Shown here: piece by piece, positions 25,355 to 36,908 of the stretch | How positions within the stretch are numbered: the stretch's first letter is position 1 | Layout: each line of letters begins with the position of its first letter | NCBI RefSeq assembly: GCF_030684315.1 | Contig: NC_081387.1 | Span: forward strand, 1,716,497-1,780,496 | Direction: 5' to 3' | Length of the DNA: 64,000 nucleotides | Source: Stegostoma tigrinum | Lineage: Eukaryota | Notes under the pieces: model-generated | What the model was told of the DNA's origin: nothing | Databases searched by the model: none | Seen by the model: only the letters and a program-made list of their open reading frames with translations | Program-made: the position numbers and the translations under genes

Positions 25355-26000
25355 CCTTGTAAATAAAATCTGACGTGAGACCAGAGTATAAATCCCAATG
25401 CAAAGCCCCCCGTAAGTAAACCCTACAGCACAGAGTCTCCCATAAGCAACCATAAACCATACAGCTCCTTCTAAAATAAACCCAGAAAGACAGAGGGCCC
25501 TGTAAATAAACCCAAAAACACAGAGGGCTCTCATTATTTTTATTGATTCATTCACAGGATGAGCGTGTCGCTGCCCAGCCAGCACTTATTCCCCATCCCA
25601 AATTGCCCAGCAGGCAGTTCAGAGTCAACCACATTGCTGAGAGTCTGGAGTCACATGTAGGCCAGGCAAGAATGCAGTTTCTCTCTCTGAAGGATATTAG
25701 TGAACCAGGTGGGTTTTTCCAACAATTGACAACAGATTTATGGTCTGTTAATTCCTGATATTTATTGAATTGACATTCCACCATCTGCCAATGCAGGATT
25801 CAAATCCAGGTCCCCAGAACATTATCTGGGTCTTTGGATTGATAGCCCACTGATGGTATCACTAGGCCATTGCCTCCCTTTATAAATAAACTCCAAAATA
25901 CAGAGCCCCCAGCAAATGAATCCCAACACAGACACCAGCAAATGAATCCCAACACAGAGTCCCCTGTAAATAAACACCAACACAGACACCGTAAATAAGA
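25355..26000. repeat. Degenerate minisatellite (about 26-31 bp unit) split by a SINE
   Basis: About 10 units resembling TAAATAAACCCAA-CACAGAG-CCCCTG on both sides of the SINE at 25533-25878. Confidence 0.65.
25533..25878 (-). mobile_element. tRNA-derived SINE (Deu/SacSINE1-like)
   Basis: Reverse complement of 32685-33025; A-box-like TGGCCTAGTGA, B-box-like GATTTGAATCC, A-rich tail. Confidence 0.75.
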
Positions 26001-26457
26001 CCTGGCATTGCTCCATTGCCTACTTATTAAAAGGACGTTTCCATTGTCCAAAGCTCTGGTTAGATTCCTCAGCAGAACTGCTTTCTGTGTTGGGCATTGG
26101 GCCTTAATAAGGATAGACTAGATGAAGTGTGCAGGTCAGAGTGACAGATACTGAGTCTTCAACAAAATAGCAGAGACCTGACTCGTAATCCAATGAAATT
26201 ATTGAGGTGATGACACTGTTTAAAGGATTTAATTGCAGATTCCAAAAGTGACAGCATCACAAACACTGGAATCGATTTTAAAATCATAGCTAAGCTGTTT
26301 CTCCAGCCTGAAAATGATTGCCCACACGACACCACTACTCACTGACGTTTAATATTCCAGTCCCAAACCTGGCACAGAGACCCTGATCCACTAATCAAGA
26401 ATTAATACCCTAATAGCCAGTCCGACATGAGGAGCCCTCTCTGACAACAGTACCAAC

Positions 26458-26509
26458 CTGCACAGTCCACTGCAAACAGAGAGACCAGCATTGTAAGACC
26501 AATCATCAT
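26458..26509 (-). CDS. MHC class I exon 1, signal peptide (MMIGLTMLVSLFAVDCA)
   Basis: Hydrophobic 17-codon leader ending in phase 1 at G/GTTGGT and joining in frame to alpha1. Total spliced CDS is 1083 nt (360 aa). Confidence 0.8.
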
Positions 26510-26799
26510 AGCTTCCTTTAACAGACTGTAATGGATAGTTTGTGAGGAATCTTTTCCAAGGAACTATGTTTCTTGTTCAGTTCAGACCGAGTGATTCATG
26601 TGATCTGTGAGCTGCCTCCTGCGTTGAGTGAAAATATAAGCTGAATCTTTATCTTTAAGGGCTGCTCCACAGACCAGGTCCTCTGCAGATACAGGAAACC
26701 ACAAATGCTATCAGTTGCAACTCGTGTCCTCAGGCAAAATCAAAACAGGGCTAAGTTTGGTGGAGAGTTGAATGGGCAGCAGCTAGGAGGACTGCTTTA

Positions 26800-27430
26800 A
26801 CACAGAACTGTAGATTAGGACTGGATTCTCTACAAGATCCCAGAGTATGTGCAGTTCACACTGAGAACCTGAGACTATGGGTGAAAGAGAGGGAGAAGCT
26901 GCAATTATGGAAACAGGTTAAAATTTGTCTTCCCCACTCAGGAGTGACTGTCTATCCACAAAGGACTGGCCTGAGAATAGGTCATAGAGTGGCTGAGCTG
27001 GGCTCTGGGATCTTCCTACAGCTGGATGAGTTTGAGCATCAGGAAAGGCTGGGGAAGGACTTCATTCCAGAAGGGACCCATACTGAGAGATAACCGATCC
27101 ACAAAGTGAGGAGTCTGAGCGCAAGGGTGAGGGGGAGAGAGAGAGAGAGCAGGGTGAAAGGTGAAGGTGGTGGGGCTGTCAACAAGGGAATGGGTAAGGG
27201 AGAGCCAAAGGGGAGTGAGAGAAGAGCAATAGTTGGAAGGAGGTGATGGGGACTGGATGAGGCCGATGGGAGGTGATGGAAGGGCACGAAGGTTAAAGAA
27301 GGAAGTGAGAGGACCTTTCTGAAGGACAGTCACTGGACCCGAAACGTTGAACTCTGCTTTCTCTACACTGATGATGCCGGATCCTGCTGCATTTTCCCAG
27401 GAATTCTCTGATTTCCAGCATCCGCAGTTT
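26800..27430. mobile_element. Degenerate Penelope-like 3' end
   Basis: Purine-rich inverted 3' region followed by terminus CTGAAGGA...GGACCCGAAACGTT...CCAGCATCCGCAGTT. Confidence 0.55.
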
Positions 27431-27489
27431 TTTTTTGTTTGAAGGAGGGGGAAAGAGTTAAAAATAATCCACTTTGTGTTGCTATTTAC

Positions 27490-27827
27490 AGGAGCTCTCA
27501 CCGCCCACGTGACAGCGGCTCGGACTGCCGTGTCGTCAAAATTCAAACTCCTGGACGCTAACCGCCGCTGCGCGGGACAAGCCTACAACCCCCGTCAGGC
27601 ACCGCGGACCGTCCCCTCGCTTGGTTCACAGCTGCCAAGCCCAAATGCAGCATGGGTAATGTAGTTCGGAGCGGGATTGTGCGGGGTTTGGATGAGTTGA
27701 GCTGAGTGTCTGTGGAGGTTTTAAACGACCTCAGTGAAGGGGGAGGTTTGTGGGTTTCAGGTTGTAATTCAGTTAATGTTTGAGGAACTGGCCTGTCCCT
27801 CACTCCATCAAACACAGGAAGGCACTT
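27490..27827. promoter_or_regulatory. CpG-rich promoter-like element with ZNF143/Staf-type motif, E-box and GC box
   Basis: Minus-strand ACTACATTACCCATGCTGCA (27665-27646), CACGTGAC at 27506, CCGCCC at 27501. Segment 27646-27827 is an inverted paralog of 31758-31939. Confidence 0.6.
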
Positions 27828-30539
27828 GGAAAATCTGAGTACAAAACTGGGGAAGGGGGAACGGAGAAACTCAGCAAGTCCGGCAGCGTCTGTGTAGGGG
27901 AAACAGTGTTAACATCCACAATGAGTCTTCTGTGGGACTGAAGTGGGCTGTCAAAATGATGGGCTGGAACAAATGATAAAGGGGCCTCAAAGCAAAAGGC
28001 AAAGGGTGTGTTTCCTGTGATTAGAAAAGATGTAGATGTGATTTCTTTCCAGAAATGCAGCCAGACTGAAATTTCTCAGAAATTTCTGATTTTGTTCTGG
28101 CAAGGAGTATATGTTTATGGTGGCTGTTAGTAACAGAAAATGTGTTTTAAAAAATCCCAAACTGCTAATGCTGGAAATCAGAATCTACAACAGAAACTGC
28201 TGGGCAAAATCTGCAGTTCTGGCAGCATCTGTGGAGAGAAAACAAAGTTCTGAAGAAGGGTTACTGGATTTTGCTTTCTCTCCACAGATGCTGCCAGACC
28301 AGCTGAAGTTTCCCAGAAATTGTGTCAGCTCTGTTTAGGTTAAACCCACGTAAACAAGACAGGGCTGGCAGAGTTATCAGTATTTTCCTTACAAAGTCGT
28401 TGAACTCAACGTTGAGACCCGAAACTAGAAAGTATCAAAAGAAAAACCAGGGACTGATCGTCCAGCTTGTAGTGGGTGTCACTGCAACACTGTAGTCCAG
28501 GTAAAGTGGTTGTGATTGGCGACAAATCTGTCTCCAGAATAGCCTGGCCAGAGTGGGGAGCAGTACAGGAGGAGGGGGGTGCCACCTTCTTCTGTCTTTG
28601 ACTGAAGAAGTGATTCATAGTTCTGTGAAAAGGTCACTCGACCTGAAACATTAATTAATTCTCACAACAGACTGCTGAATGTTTCCAACAATTTCTGTTT
28701 TGTTTGAAATTGACATCAAGCTTGTCAGAGTAAGTGTTTTCTTTTTCTCCATCTGTTTACTTAAGGGAATAGTCACTATAATCTTTGGACAGCAGCTGCA
28801 ACAAGTGGGGTTTTATTTACAGGGGACAATGACAAGTTGAAATCTCCACTTGATCTGCTGCTCAAAGTCTTCTACCTAACCTCTTACATTGACTCGCGAA
28901 AGCCTTCATCTTTTCTAACTACATCATTCCCACCAATGTGTACAATAACTTTCGGCTTCTCACTCTCCCCTTTAACAATATGCTCCAAACATTGAGGTGT
29001 TCTTAATCCTGGGACCAGGAAAGCAACATACTCTAGAATTGCACTCACAGTTGCAGAATTTCGTCTGTACCCGTAACATTCTTTTAAATTTTATCAACCC
29101 CTGCCTAACACATTTTATTCTTTGTGCCCTAGATCTGACTATCGCTTCCATTTTCCTCTGAGAGGCTATCCTTTTCAACAATACCCAAAACTGTGTATCT
29201 GAGAGCGAAATAGCCACAGGGGACTTCTGAACTACCTTCTTAGCTTTCCTGATGGTATTCCATCTGCCTGACTAATCCAGCTGTGTAATCACTTCTCTAA
29301 ATATACAAGCCATCTAACTCTGTTTATCTTGTTTACCCTCAATGAGGTTAAGCCTAAAAAGCAGCTTACAATAGCACCTTACATCTAAAATAAACTACCT
29401 TTTGGTATTTAGGCATCACATCAGGTGACAATAACCTGTATTATTGATTGGTTCTTGCAATAATGAAGATCATATTTCATTCTCAAATTCACTTAGACAT
29501 TGGGCATCTTTTTCCTGCAGCGATTATTCCTTGGTCAAAATGTTCCGATTGGACAAATAGAGATTCGATGGGCATGTCCATGTCAGTTTGAACACATTCT
29601 CCTGCAAGCACTGGAGTAATGGAAGGTCAAAAGAAATCATTGACTCGACCAAATGAACTCAGCCTGGAGAAAACAACCACTCTGAAGGGGAAGGGAAAAT
29701 GTTTTTGAGAGAATCATAGAGAAAGGAGATGTGGAAATTTTGGAAAATCAGTTAATTTTTGGCACATGGGGATCTGTGACTTTCTAGGTTGATCGAATGG
29801 AATCACTGCAGGGATCTACAGGAATTACTAAGGATGATGTTTAGGAATAAAAGTGGTCTCTACCAAGTTCTACAACATATACCCCATTATTCAGCTGCCA
29901 GATTAGTAACCATTACTTTTTTATTTGTAAACCTTTCAGAATTGATTAACAATAGGCTCACCATTTAAGAAAATCCAAATATGACAATGTTCGTGGATTC
30001 TGAAAATTGACCTATAAACAAAAGACAAAAATAATTATCCATTTTGAAAATACAGAATCTGAATAATACAGAACAATGAACAAAAACAAATTCCCAGGAA
30101 AACACAGCACATCTGGCAGCATTTGTGGAGGTAAAACAAAGCTAAAATTTCAGGTCCCATAACACTTCTGCAGAACTTAGTTCTCCATGAGCTATGTGAG
30201 TGTGTGTAAAACTTCCACAAGTCAGATGTAAAATCCAGGGTTTATGGTGCACTTATTTCCTGCCATGCTCTGTAGCGAGAGACGAAATAAACCAGTGATT
30301 GAGCTCCATGCCCAGAGATCATACCCCTCACCTTGTTGCTGAGCTAACTGAGTAAGTCAAAAGGACACATTGATTATATAACCTCATCAATGGATTGTTA
30401 GTTTTTAATGAGCCACTAACATGGGGATGTTATTTATCTGGTGGGATGACAATAGAGTGGACACTGACTATGTCTCTATCAAAGCTGTGTCTGCAACTTC
30501 CACATAATAGTGACCATGGGAGTTGGGTTTCACACAAAA

Positions 30540-31430
30540 CAATTCAAATATCACCAGACACATATTTCACTCGCCTCCCTTGTCCATCTTCCACAGGGAC
30601 TGTTCCCTCTGGGGCATCCTGGCACACGCTTCCTTTACCCCCAACATCTCCCCACAGCCCTACAGCACCTTTTGTAACTGGCAAAGGTGCAACACCTGTC
30701 CATTTATCTCCCCCTCCCCAGTATCCAAGGGCCCAAATATACCTTCCAGGTGGAGCAACACTTCACCTGCACTTCCCAGAATCTGGTCTACTGCATTTGC
30801 TGCTCACAATGTGGTTTCCTCTACATTGGAGAAATGGAACACAGACTGAGTTAACACTTCATAGAAAAATCTACATTCTGCTCGTAATAAAGACCAAGAG
30901 CTACCTGTTGTCTGCCACTTTAACGCACCACCCTGCTCCCTGGCCAACATCTCTGTCTCTGGCTTGCTGTAGTGTTCCAATAAAGCCAATGCAAGCTGGA
31001 GGAAAAGCCACTTCATTTCCTGTTTGTGGACCCCACAGCCCTCTGGACTCAATATTGAGTTTAGGCCCTAAAATTGTTTAACTTTCCCATATCCCAGCCC
31101 CCTAGCCCAAACACTATGCCTTTTTACCACATAGCCTGCCATTACACACCCTCTGTTGTTAGTCACCAACAGTCCCTATTAACAACTACTCACCCTCCCA
31201 ACCTCATCGTTAGCAACTCCTTTGTCCAACTGTCTTTCTCACTCTTTGGGCTCTATCCTATCGTTTACTTCCTACTCCATCCACCTCCCTATTTTCTGCA
31301 TATAAACTGACACTTTCCCAGCCAATATCAGTTCTGACAAAGGGTCACCAGACCCAAAACGCGAACTCTAATTTTCTCTTCACACATGCAGCCAGATCTG
31401 CTGAGCTTTCCCAGCAACTTTGTTTTCATA
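30540..31430 (+). mobile_element. Degenerate Penelope-like 3' fragment
   Basis: PPLSIFHRDCSL...CNWQRCNTC remnant; terminus AGTTCTGACAAAGGGTCACCAGACCCAAAACGCGAACT. Confidence 0.75.
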
Positions 31431-31757
31431 GATCATAGATCATAGAACCCCTACAGTGTGGAAACAGGCCATTTGGCCCAACAAGTCCACACCGACTCTC
31501 TGAAAAGCATCCCACCCAGACTCACCTCTCTACTCTATTCCTGTAACCCTGTATTTCCCATCTATCCAGGAAACCTCCTTTGATCCACCTCTAAGGCATT
31601 TACAGCCTTCCTAAAAAAGTGTTAATGATTTTTTAGACTATAATATCCCTAAATATCAACATTTATCAGGTGTGTTCCAAAATCTTGTGAAAATCCACCA
31701 TCTCCAGAAATAGCTGGGGCGTTGCAGCAAAAACTCACGTTGAGAGATTTTCTCTGT

Positions 31758-32130
31758 AAGTGCCTTCTTGTGTTTGATGCAAGGAGGGACAGCCCATCTC
31801 CTCAAACATTAACTGAATTACAGCCCCAAGACCGGAAAGCTTCCCCCTTCACTGAGGTTGTTTAAAACCTCCACAGGGACTCAGCTCAATTCACCCAAAC
31901 GCCTCACATCCCGCTCCGAACTACATTACCCATCCTGCACGTGAAGACCACGCCGACACAGTGAGCGGAATCAGAGGGCGGGGGAAGGGAGACGGCTGGT
32001 TTTGGAGGGTCACGCCTGCAAATGGCAACCCCTGGTGGCGGAAACCGGGATCGCAGGCTCTTCGCCTGTCGAAAATGGCCCATCTACACTTCTTCCCCTG
32101 ATTGGTTGCTTGGAGGGCACAACATGGCAA
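31758..32130. promoter_or_regulatory. Second CpG-rich promoter-like element
   Basis: ACTACATTACCCATCCTGCA (31920-31939), GC box near 31976, CTCF-like site 32025-32039, YY1-like AAAATGGC at 32072, ATTGG at 32101. Confidence 0.6.
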
Positions 32131-32684
32131 TAGACAAATATGAGTCCCTCAATTACCCTCACAGAACAGTATCGTTTAGTCATGATCACATTCCAGTTTA
32201 TGGGACCTGGCTGTCCACACATTAATTGCCTTAATTCCTTTATTACAACAGTGACCATATTTCAACTCGAACTTAATTCACTGTAACTTGAGTTTGGTGC
32301 CCTGTTAAAAGTTGATATGTAAATTCAAATCTCTCTTTCATATGGAAGGTTTCCTATGAAATGCATTTATTAACCCACTGCTAGACAAAGTAGGATGTGG
32401 TGGAGATAGGGTCCTTGTCTCCGAGTCAGATACTTGATGGTCAGCTCTTGACAACTATGAAGAAATAGGGTTTTGGCCGGAAATGTTGACTTTCCTGCTC
32501 CTTGGATGCTGTCTGACCTGCTGTGCTTTTCCAGCCTCACACCTATAGACCCTGATGTCTATGGATTGACTTCATGATACACAATTGTGAATCCTTGCAA
32601 TATGCTTATGTTGAGAGGCTGAGTTGATACAATGGAGACAATTTGCTTTCTGTTCAGGGAGCTCTGTGAGTCTGGGTGACCATA

Positions 32685-33025
32685 GGGCAAGTGATAGCCT
32701 AGTGGTATCATCACTGATTAAACCAGTGACCAGATACATTCTGGGGACCCGACTTGAATCCCACCACAGCAGATGGTAGAATTTGAATTCACTAAATATC
32801 TGAAATTAAGAGTCCAACGATGACCGTGTGTCGATTGTCGGAAAAACCAATCTGGTTTAGTAATGCCCTTTAGGGAAAGAAACGGCTATCCTTACCTGGT
32901 CTGGCTTACATGTGACTCCAGACCCACAACAATGTCGTTGACTCTTAACTGCCACTGGGCAATTAGGGATGGGCAATAAATGCTCCCTAGCCAGCGAAGC
33001 CGTCATCCTGTGGATTAACTTTTTA
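32685..33025 (+). mobile_element. tRNA-derived SINE (Deu/SacSINE1-like)
   Basis: A/B-box-like head; core CCTTACCTGGTCTGGC...GACTCCAGACCCACA; tail GGGATGGGCAATAAATGC. Confidence 0.75.
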
Positions 33026-33599
33026 ATAATACTATACTGATACTATTCCATAAAACTCCAGCAAGGGCTGCCACTGCTATATTAAATGTAATGAAGTAAT
33101 TTATGCAACAAAGCAATTTTGTCTTTTCAATATTAGAAAGCTGATGAAAATAAGCACCATTTTAAAATCAACTATAAATGCAAAAACAAGAGAAACACAT
33201 TTCAATGTTATAACTGTGACTATATTAAACTATTCTAGCTGCTTCCCCTGTGTATGGGACATAACTGAAATAAACTTTTAGATGTGATCCCTCCGACAAG
33301 ATTGGGAGATAAAGGAAAAATATACATAGAACGGACATACTGAGCAGAAAGTGGTGGCCGCAATTTCCTCTATTCTACTCCTCCTCCTCTGACCTGTGCT
33401 TCCTTCCTGCGCTCTTACTATTCCTTACACCTTGTCTTGATTTCTACCTCTTCTTTCCCAATCCCCTCTCTGTCTCTTTCACGCTCTCTATCTCTCCTCG
33501 TCCAGCATTACAAAGATTGAAGGCATAGAGATTGAATTTAAAATGGTGGACAACATCATAAAATTTTAAAAGTGGAAATATGATTCAATTTTTAAAAAT

Positions 33600-34870
33600 C
33601 ATTCTGGGATGTGGGCATCGATAGCAAGAGCCAGCATTTACAACCCAACTCCAACTGCCCTTGAGAGGTTGGTGCTAAACTGCCATCTTGAACCGCTGCA
33701 GTCCATGTGTAGGTACACCCACAATGCTGTCAGACACAGAGTTTCAACATTTTATCTCAGCAACACGAAAAGAACAGTAATATATTTCCAAATCAGCATG
33801 ATGAGTAGCCTGGAGAGAAACCTGTTTGTGGTGACTGTCTCTTCCAGCTGCTGCCTTTGTCCTTTTAGATAGGAATGGCCATGAGTTTGGAGGCTGCTGC
33901 CCAAGGATCTTTGGTGACTTTCTGCAGTGTATCTTGTAGATAGTACATAATTACTAGTGCATTCAGTGACGGAAGAATTGCATGTTCGTTGATGTGGTGC
34001 CAATCAAGAGGCGACCATTCTATCACACTCCTGACAATGCCTCGGATGATGGACAGGCTTCAGACAGTCAGGGTGCATTTTATTGACAGCAGGATTCCCA
34101 CCCTCTGTCTTGCTCTTGTAGACACTTTCTTTATAGGGCTGATCTGGCTTAGTTCATAGTCAATAATCTCCAGGATATTAATAATGTGGGATTCAGTTAC
34201 GATAAGAATATTGAATTAGGGAAATGGTTAGATCCTCTTCTGATGCAGAATCATTGCTTGTTGTTTGTGTGGTGTGAATATTACTTGCCATTTCTCAGTC
34301 TAAGTCTACGTATTGTCCAGGTCTTGCTGTACATGGATGCCGCCTGCCTCAGTACCTGAATAATCATGAATGGTGCTGAGCATTATGCATTCATCAGCAA
34401 GCCTCCCCTCTTCTAAGCTAATGATAGAGGAAAGGTCATTGATAAAGCAGCTGAAGATGGTTGTGCCAAGGACACTACCCTGAGGAACTGTTGCAGAGAT
34501 GTCTTGGAAGAGAGATGACTGACTTTCAACAACCACAAGTATCTTCCTTTGTGTTAGGTATGATTCAAAGCAGCAGTAAGTTACCCCCTGATTCCACTGA
34601 CTCAAGGTCTGCTAGGGCTGTTTGGTGCTGTAGCTGGTCAAATGTGGCTTTGATGTTAAATGCAGTCACTCTAGCCCCACCTCCGGAATTCAGCTCTTTT
34701 ATCCATGTTTGAACCAAGTCTGTAATGAAATCAAGAGCTGAGTGGCCCTGGTGGAACCCAAACTCGGCGTCACTGAGCGGGTTATTGCTAAGCAGGTGCT
34801 GCTTGATAGCACTGTTGATGACACCTTTCATCACTTTACTGATGACCAAGAGTACACTGATATGGCAGTA
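33600..34870 (-). mobile_element. CR1/L2-type LINE 3' fragment
   Basis: RT remnants VPQGSVLGTTIFSCFINDL and FNIKATFD. Confidence 0.8.
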
Positions 34871-36839
34871 ATATAATTATGACTATATTAGAGAATTTTA
34901 ACTTTTTTTGTGATTATGTGATACAATTGATATAAATCATCACCCTTAGGCCAGCAGTTTTCCTGAAATAATTGTTGGCCACAGCATGTAGACTGGAGTC
35001 ATGCACATGACTACCTGTTGGTGCCTGAACATCTGAAGGCCCTGACTGTGATTTGAAGAGCCACCTCAAACATGCACAGTTAGCAGAAATGTACCACGCT
35101 CAGTCTTCCTTGCTGGGACGATACTCGTTTCTGGTTGCCACCAGATTTCTGGCTGATGTTTAACAAACCAGCAAAAAATATGTCAATCAATTTACACTCT
35201 GTCATGGTGCATTCCAGAAAGGGTGCTGATCCTTGAGTCCCAGGGTCATCACAAAAATTCAAGATTGAATCCAATTACTCAAAGCTCCAGTGTTCCTGCC
35301 GGACGATTTCAGGTTAACAGACAACATTGACCAGGTTCTGCACTTAAGAAGAAACTACTATTTATTACAAATTAATCAGTTCTAACCTCAGAGGAACAAA
35401 ATATGAGTTGTCAACTGGTATTTTTCTTAGTTAACTGTATTAGTTATTAATCCCCTACACACATCTACAGTGACATAGTCAACCAAAAGAATATTGATAT
35501 TATGAGTGGAGAAAAATATTAGGGGAAGATATTTCAACTGAACACCTATACAGTGAATTTAATGAGATGTCCTGTCTTTTCTGAAATCCTTCTGATTGCC
35601 AATTTCTTCTTTCCAAGGTATCACCTGTGGGCAGTCGGCACACTAATTATTCACTCAGTAATTGGTTGTAGGAAGCAATTCACAGACAAATGGAGAATGG
35701 AAATAGTGAGCTAGCTTCCAGTTTTTTTGTTCGTTCTCTGCAAAGAGAGCAAAAGCGAGAAACTGACTCTTCAGAGTCTGGAGACTTTCGGCCCCGGCTT
35801 TGTTAACACGCAGCCTGTCCATCCACCCAGGACAACTGGATCCTGATTGGGAAAAATATCAAAATGCTATCTCTGGGCAGAACGAGCTTGAAATAAACTC
35901 AGGGTGCTGATGAGTCACCTGCAGCTTCCCCTCCACTGCTTGAACAAAGGTACACTGTAAATACATTGAGTTCCAAGAATTTGTTTTCAAACTGCATCAT
36001 CTCCTACCACGGCCTTTGGTTTAAAACAGTACTTGTTTCCTATTTTGATGACCTATCTGGAAAATTTCAAAGTATAGTCTTTATAATAAAATTTATGTCA
36101 ATTTATAGATTTTGGATATAGTCAATTACAGCCAGATCATTTGGATAACAGCAACAGAAACACACACACACAAAAAAACACTTTGAGCCAAAACCTGTGA
36201 TTGGGCTTGTTGCCGATTTGTGGAGAAATTTTACTGAAATAAACATTTCTAGGAATGATGTATGGCCAATAAGTATCTTTATTTCAGACTGGTGCATTGT
36301 GAGCTGATTGGTTTCAATATGTAAATATCTATTGGATAAGGTTTTTACTCATTTTACAATGTTTCTGTTTCAATAAATGGTGATGGTGTATGTTTGTACA
36401 GACAGTCTGAGGAATTGCTTATGTGTATCCAGCAGCAACTGTAATCCATGTGGAATAATCCAGCTGGAACTGGACTTCTACCCACAACCTTGTTCTCTGC
36501 TTCAGGGCCTTGATGGTTAAAGTCCTACTCCAGGACTTGAGCACAAAACCTGTGGCTGAAAATCCAGCGCAGTACTGAGGGATGGAAGAAATTACAGACA
36601 TAGGGAGGGGTAAGGCCATGGGGGATTTCGAAAACAAGCTCAAAAATATCACTAAAATTAATACTGAGTTTTCATGGGATAAGTGGATTATTACTTCAAT
36701 TTTATTTCTGACACATTTTCAGAACTGTCTAAATAATAACGTTCCTGAGTGACTGAATGAAAGCAAAACAGTCCAACAGCAGTAATAATTAAAGGCAGTC
36801 CCTTAAAATGTGCTATCGCATCTGACTCCGAGGACTTTA

Positions 36840-36908
36840 CCCCTCCCCCCCCACCCTACCTCCGCTCCCCCCCCCCCCCCCCCCCCCCCCCCCCACCCTA
36901 CCTCCGCC
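36840..36908. repeat. Poly-C tract flanked by duplicated CCCCACCCTACCTCCGC
   Basis: Directly visible in the sequence. Confidence 0.9.

Noticed and set aside
24864-25460. 198-aa ORF as a stand-alone gene
   Set aside because: Only 25037-25297 is the alpha1 exon; the rest is intron read-through.
25355-26000. CRISPR-like periodicity
   Set aside because: Degenerate contiguous units without unique spacers, in a vertebrate intron.
35290-36100. Possible LTR-like element (also about 40480-40810)
   Set aside because: No confident termini, TSD or internal coding remnant.
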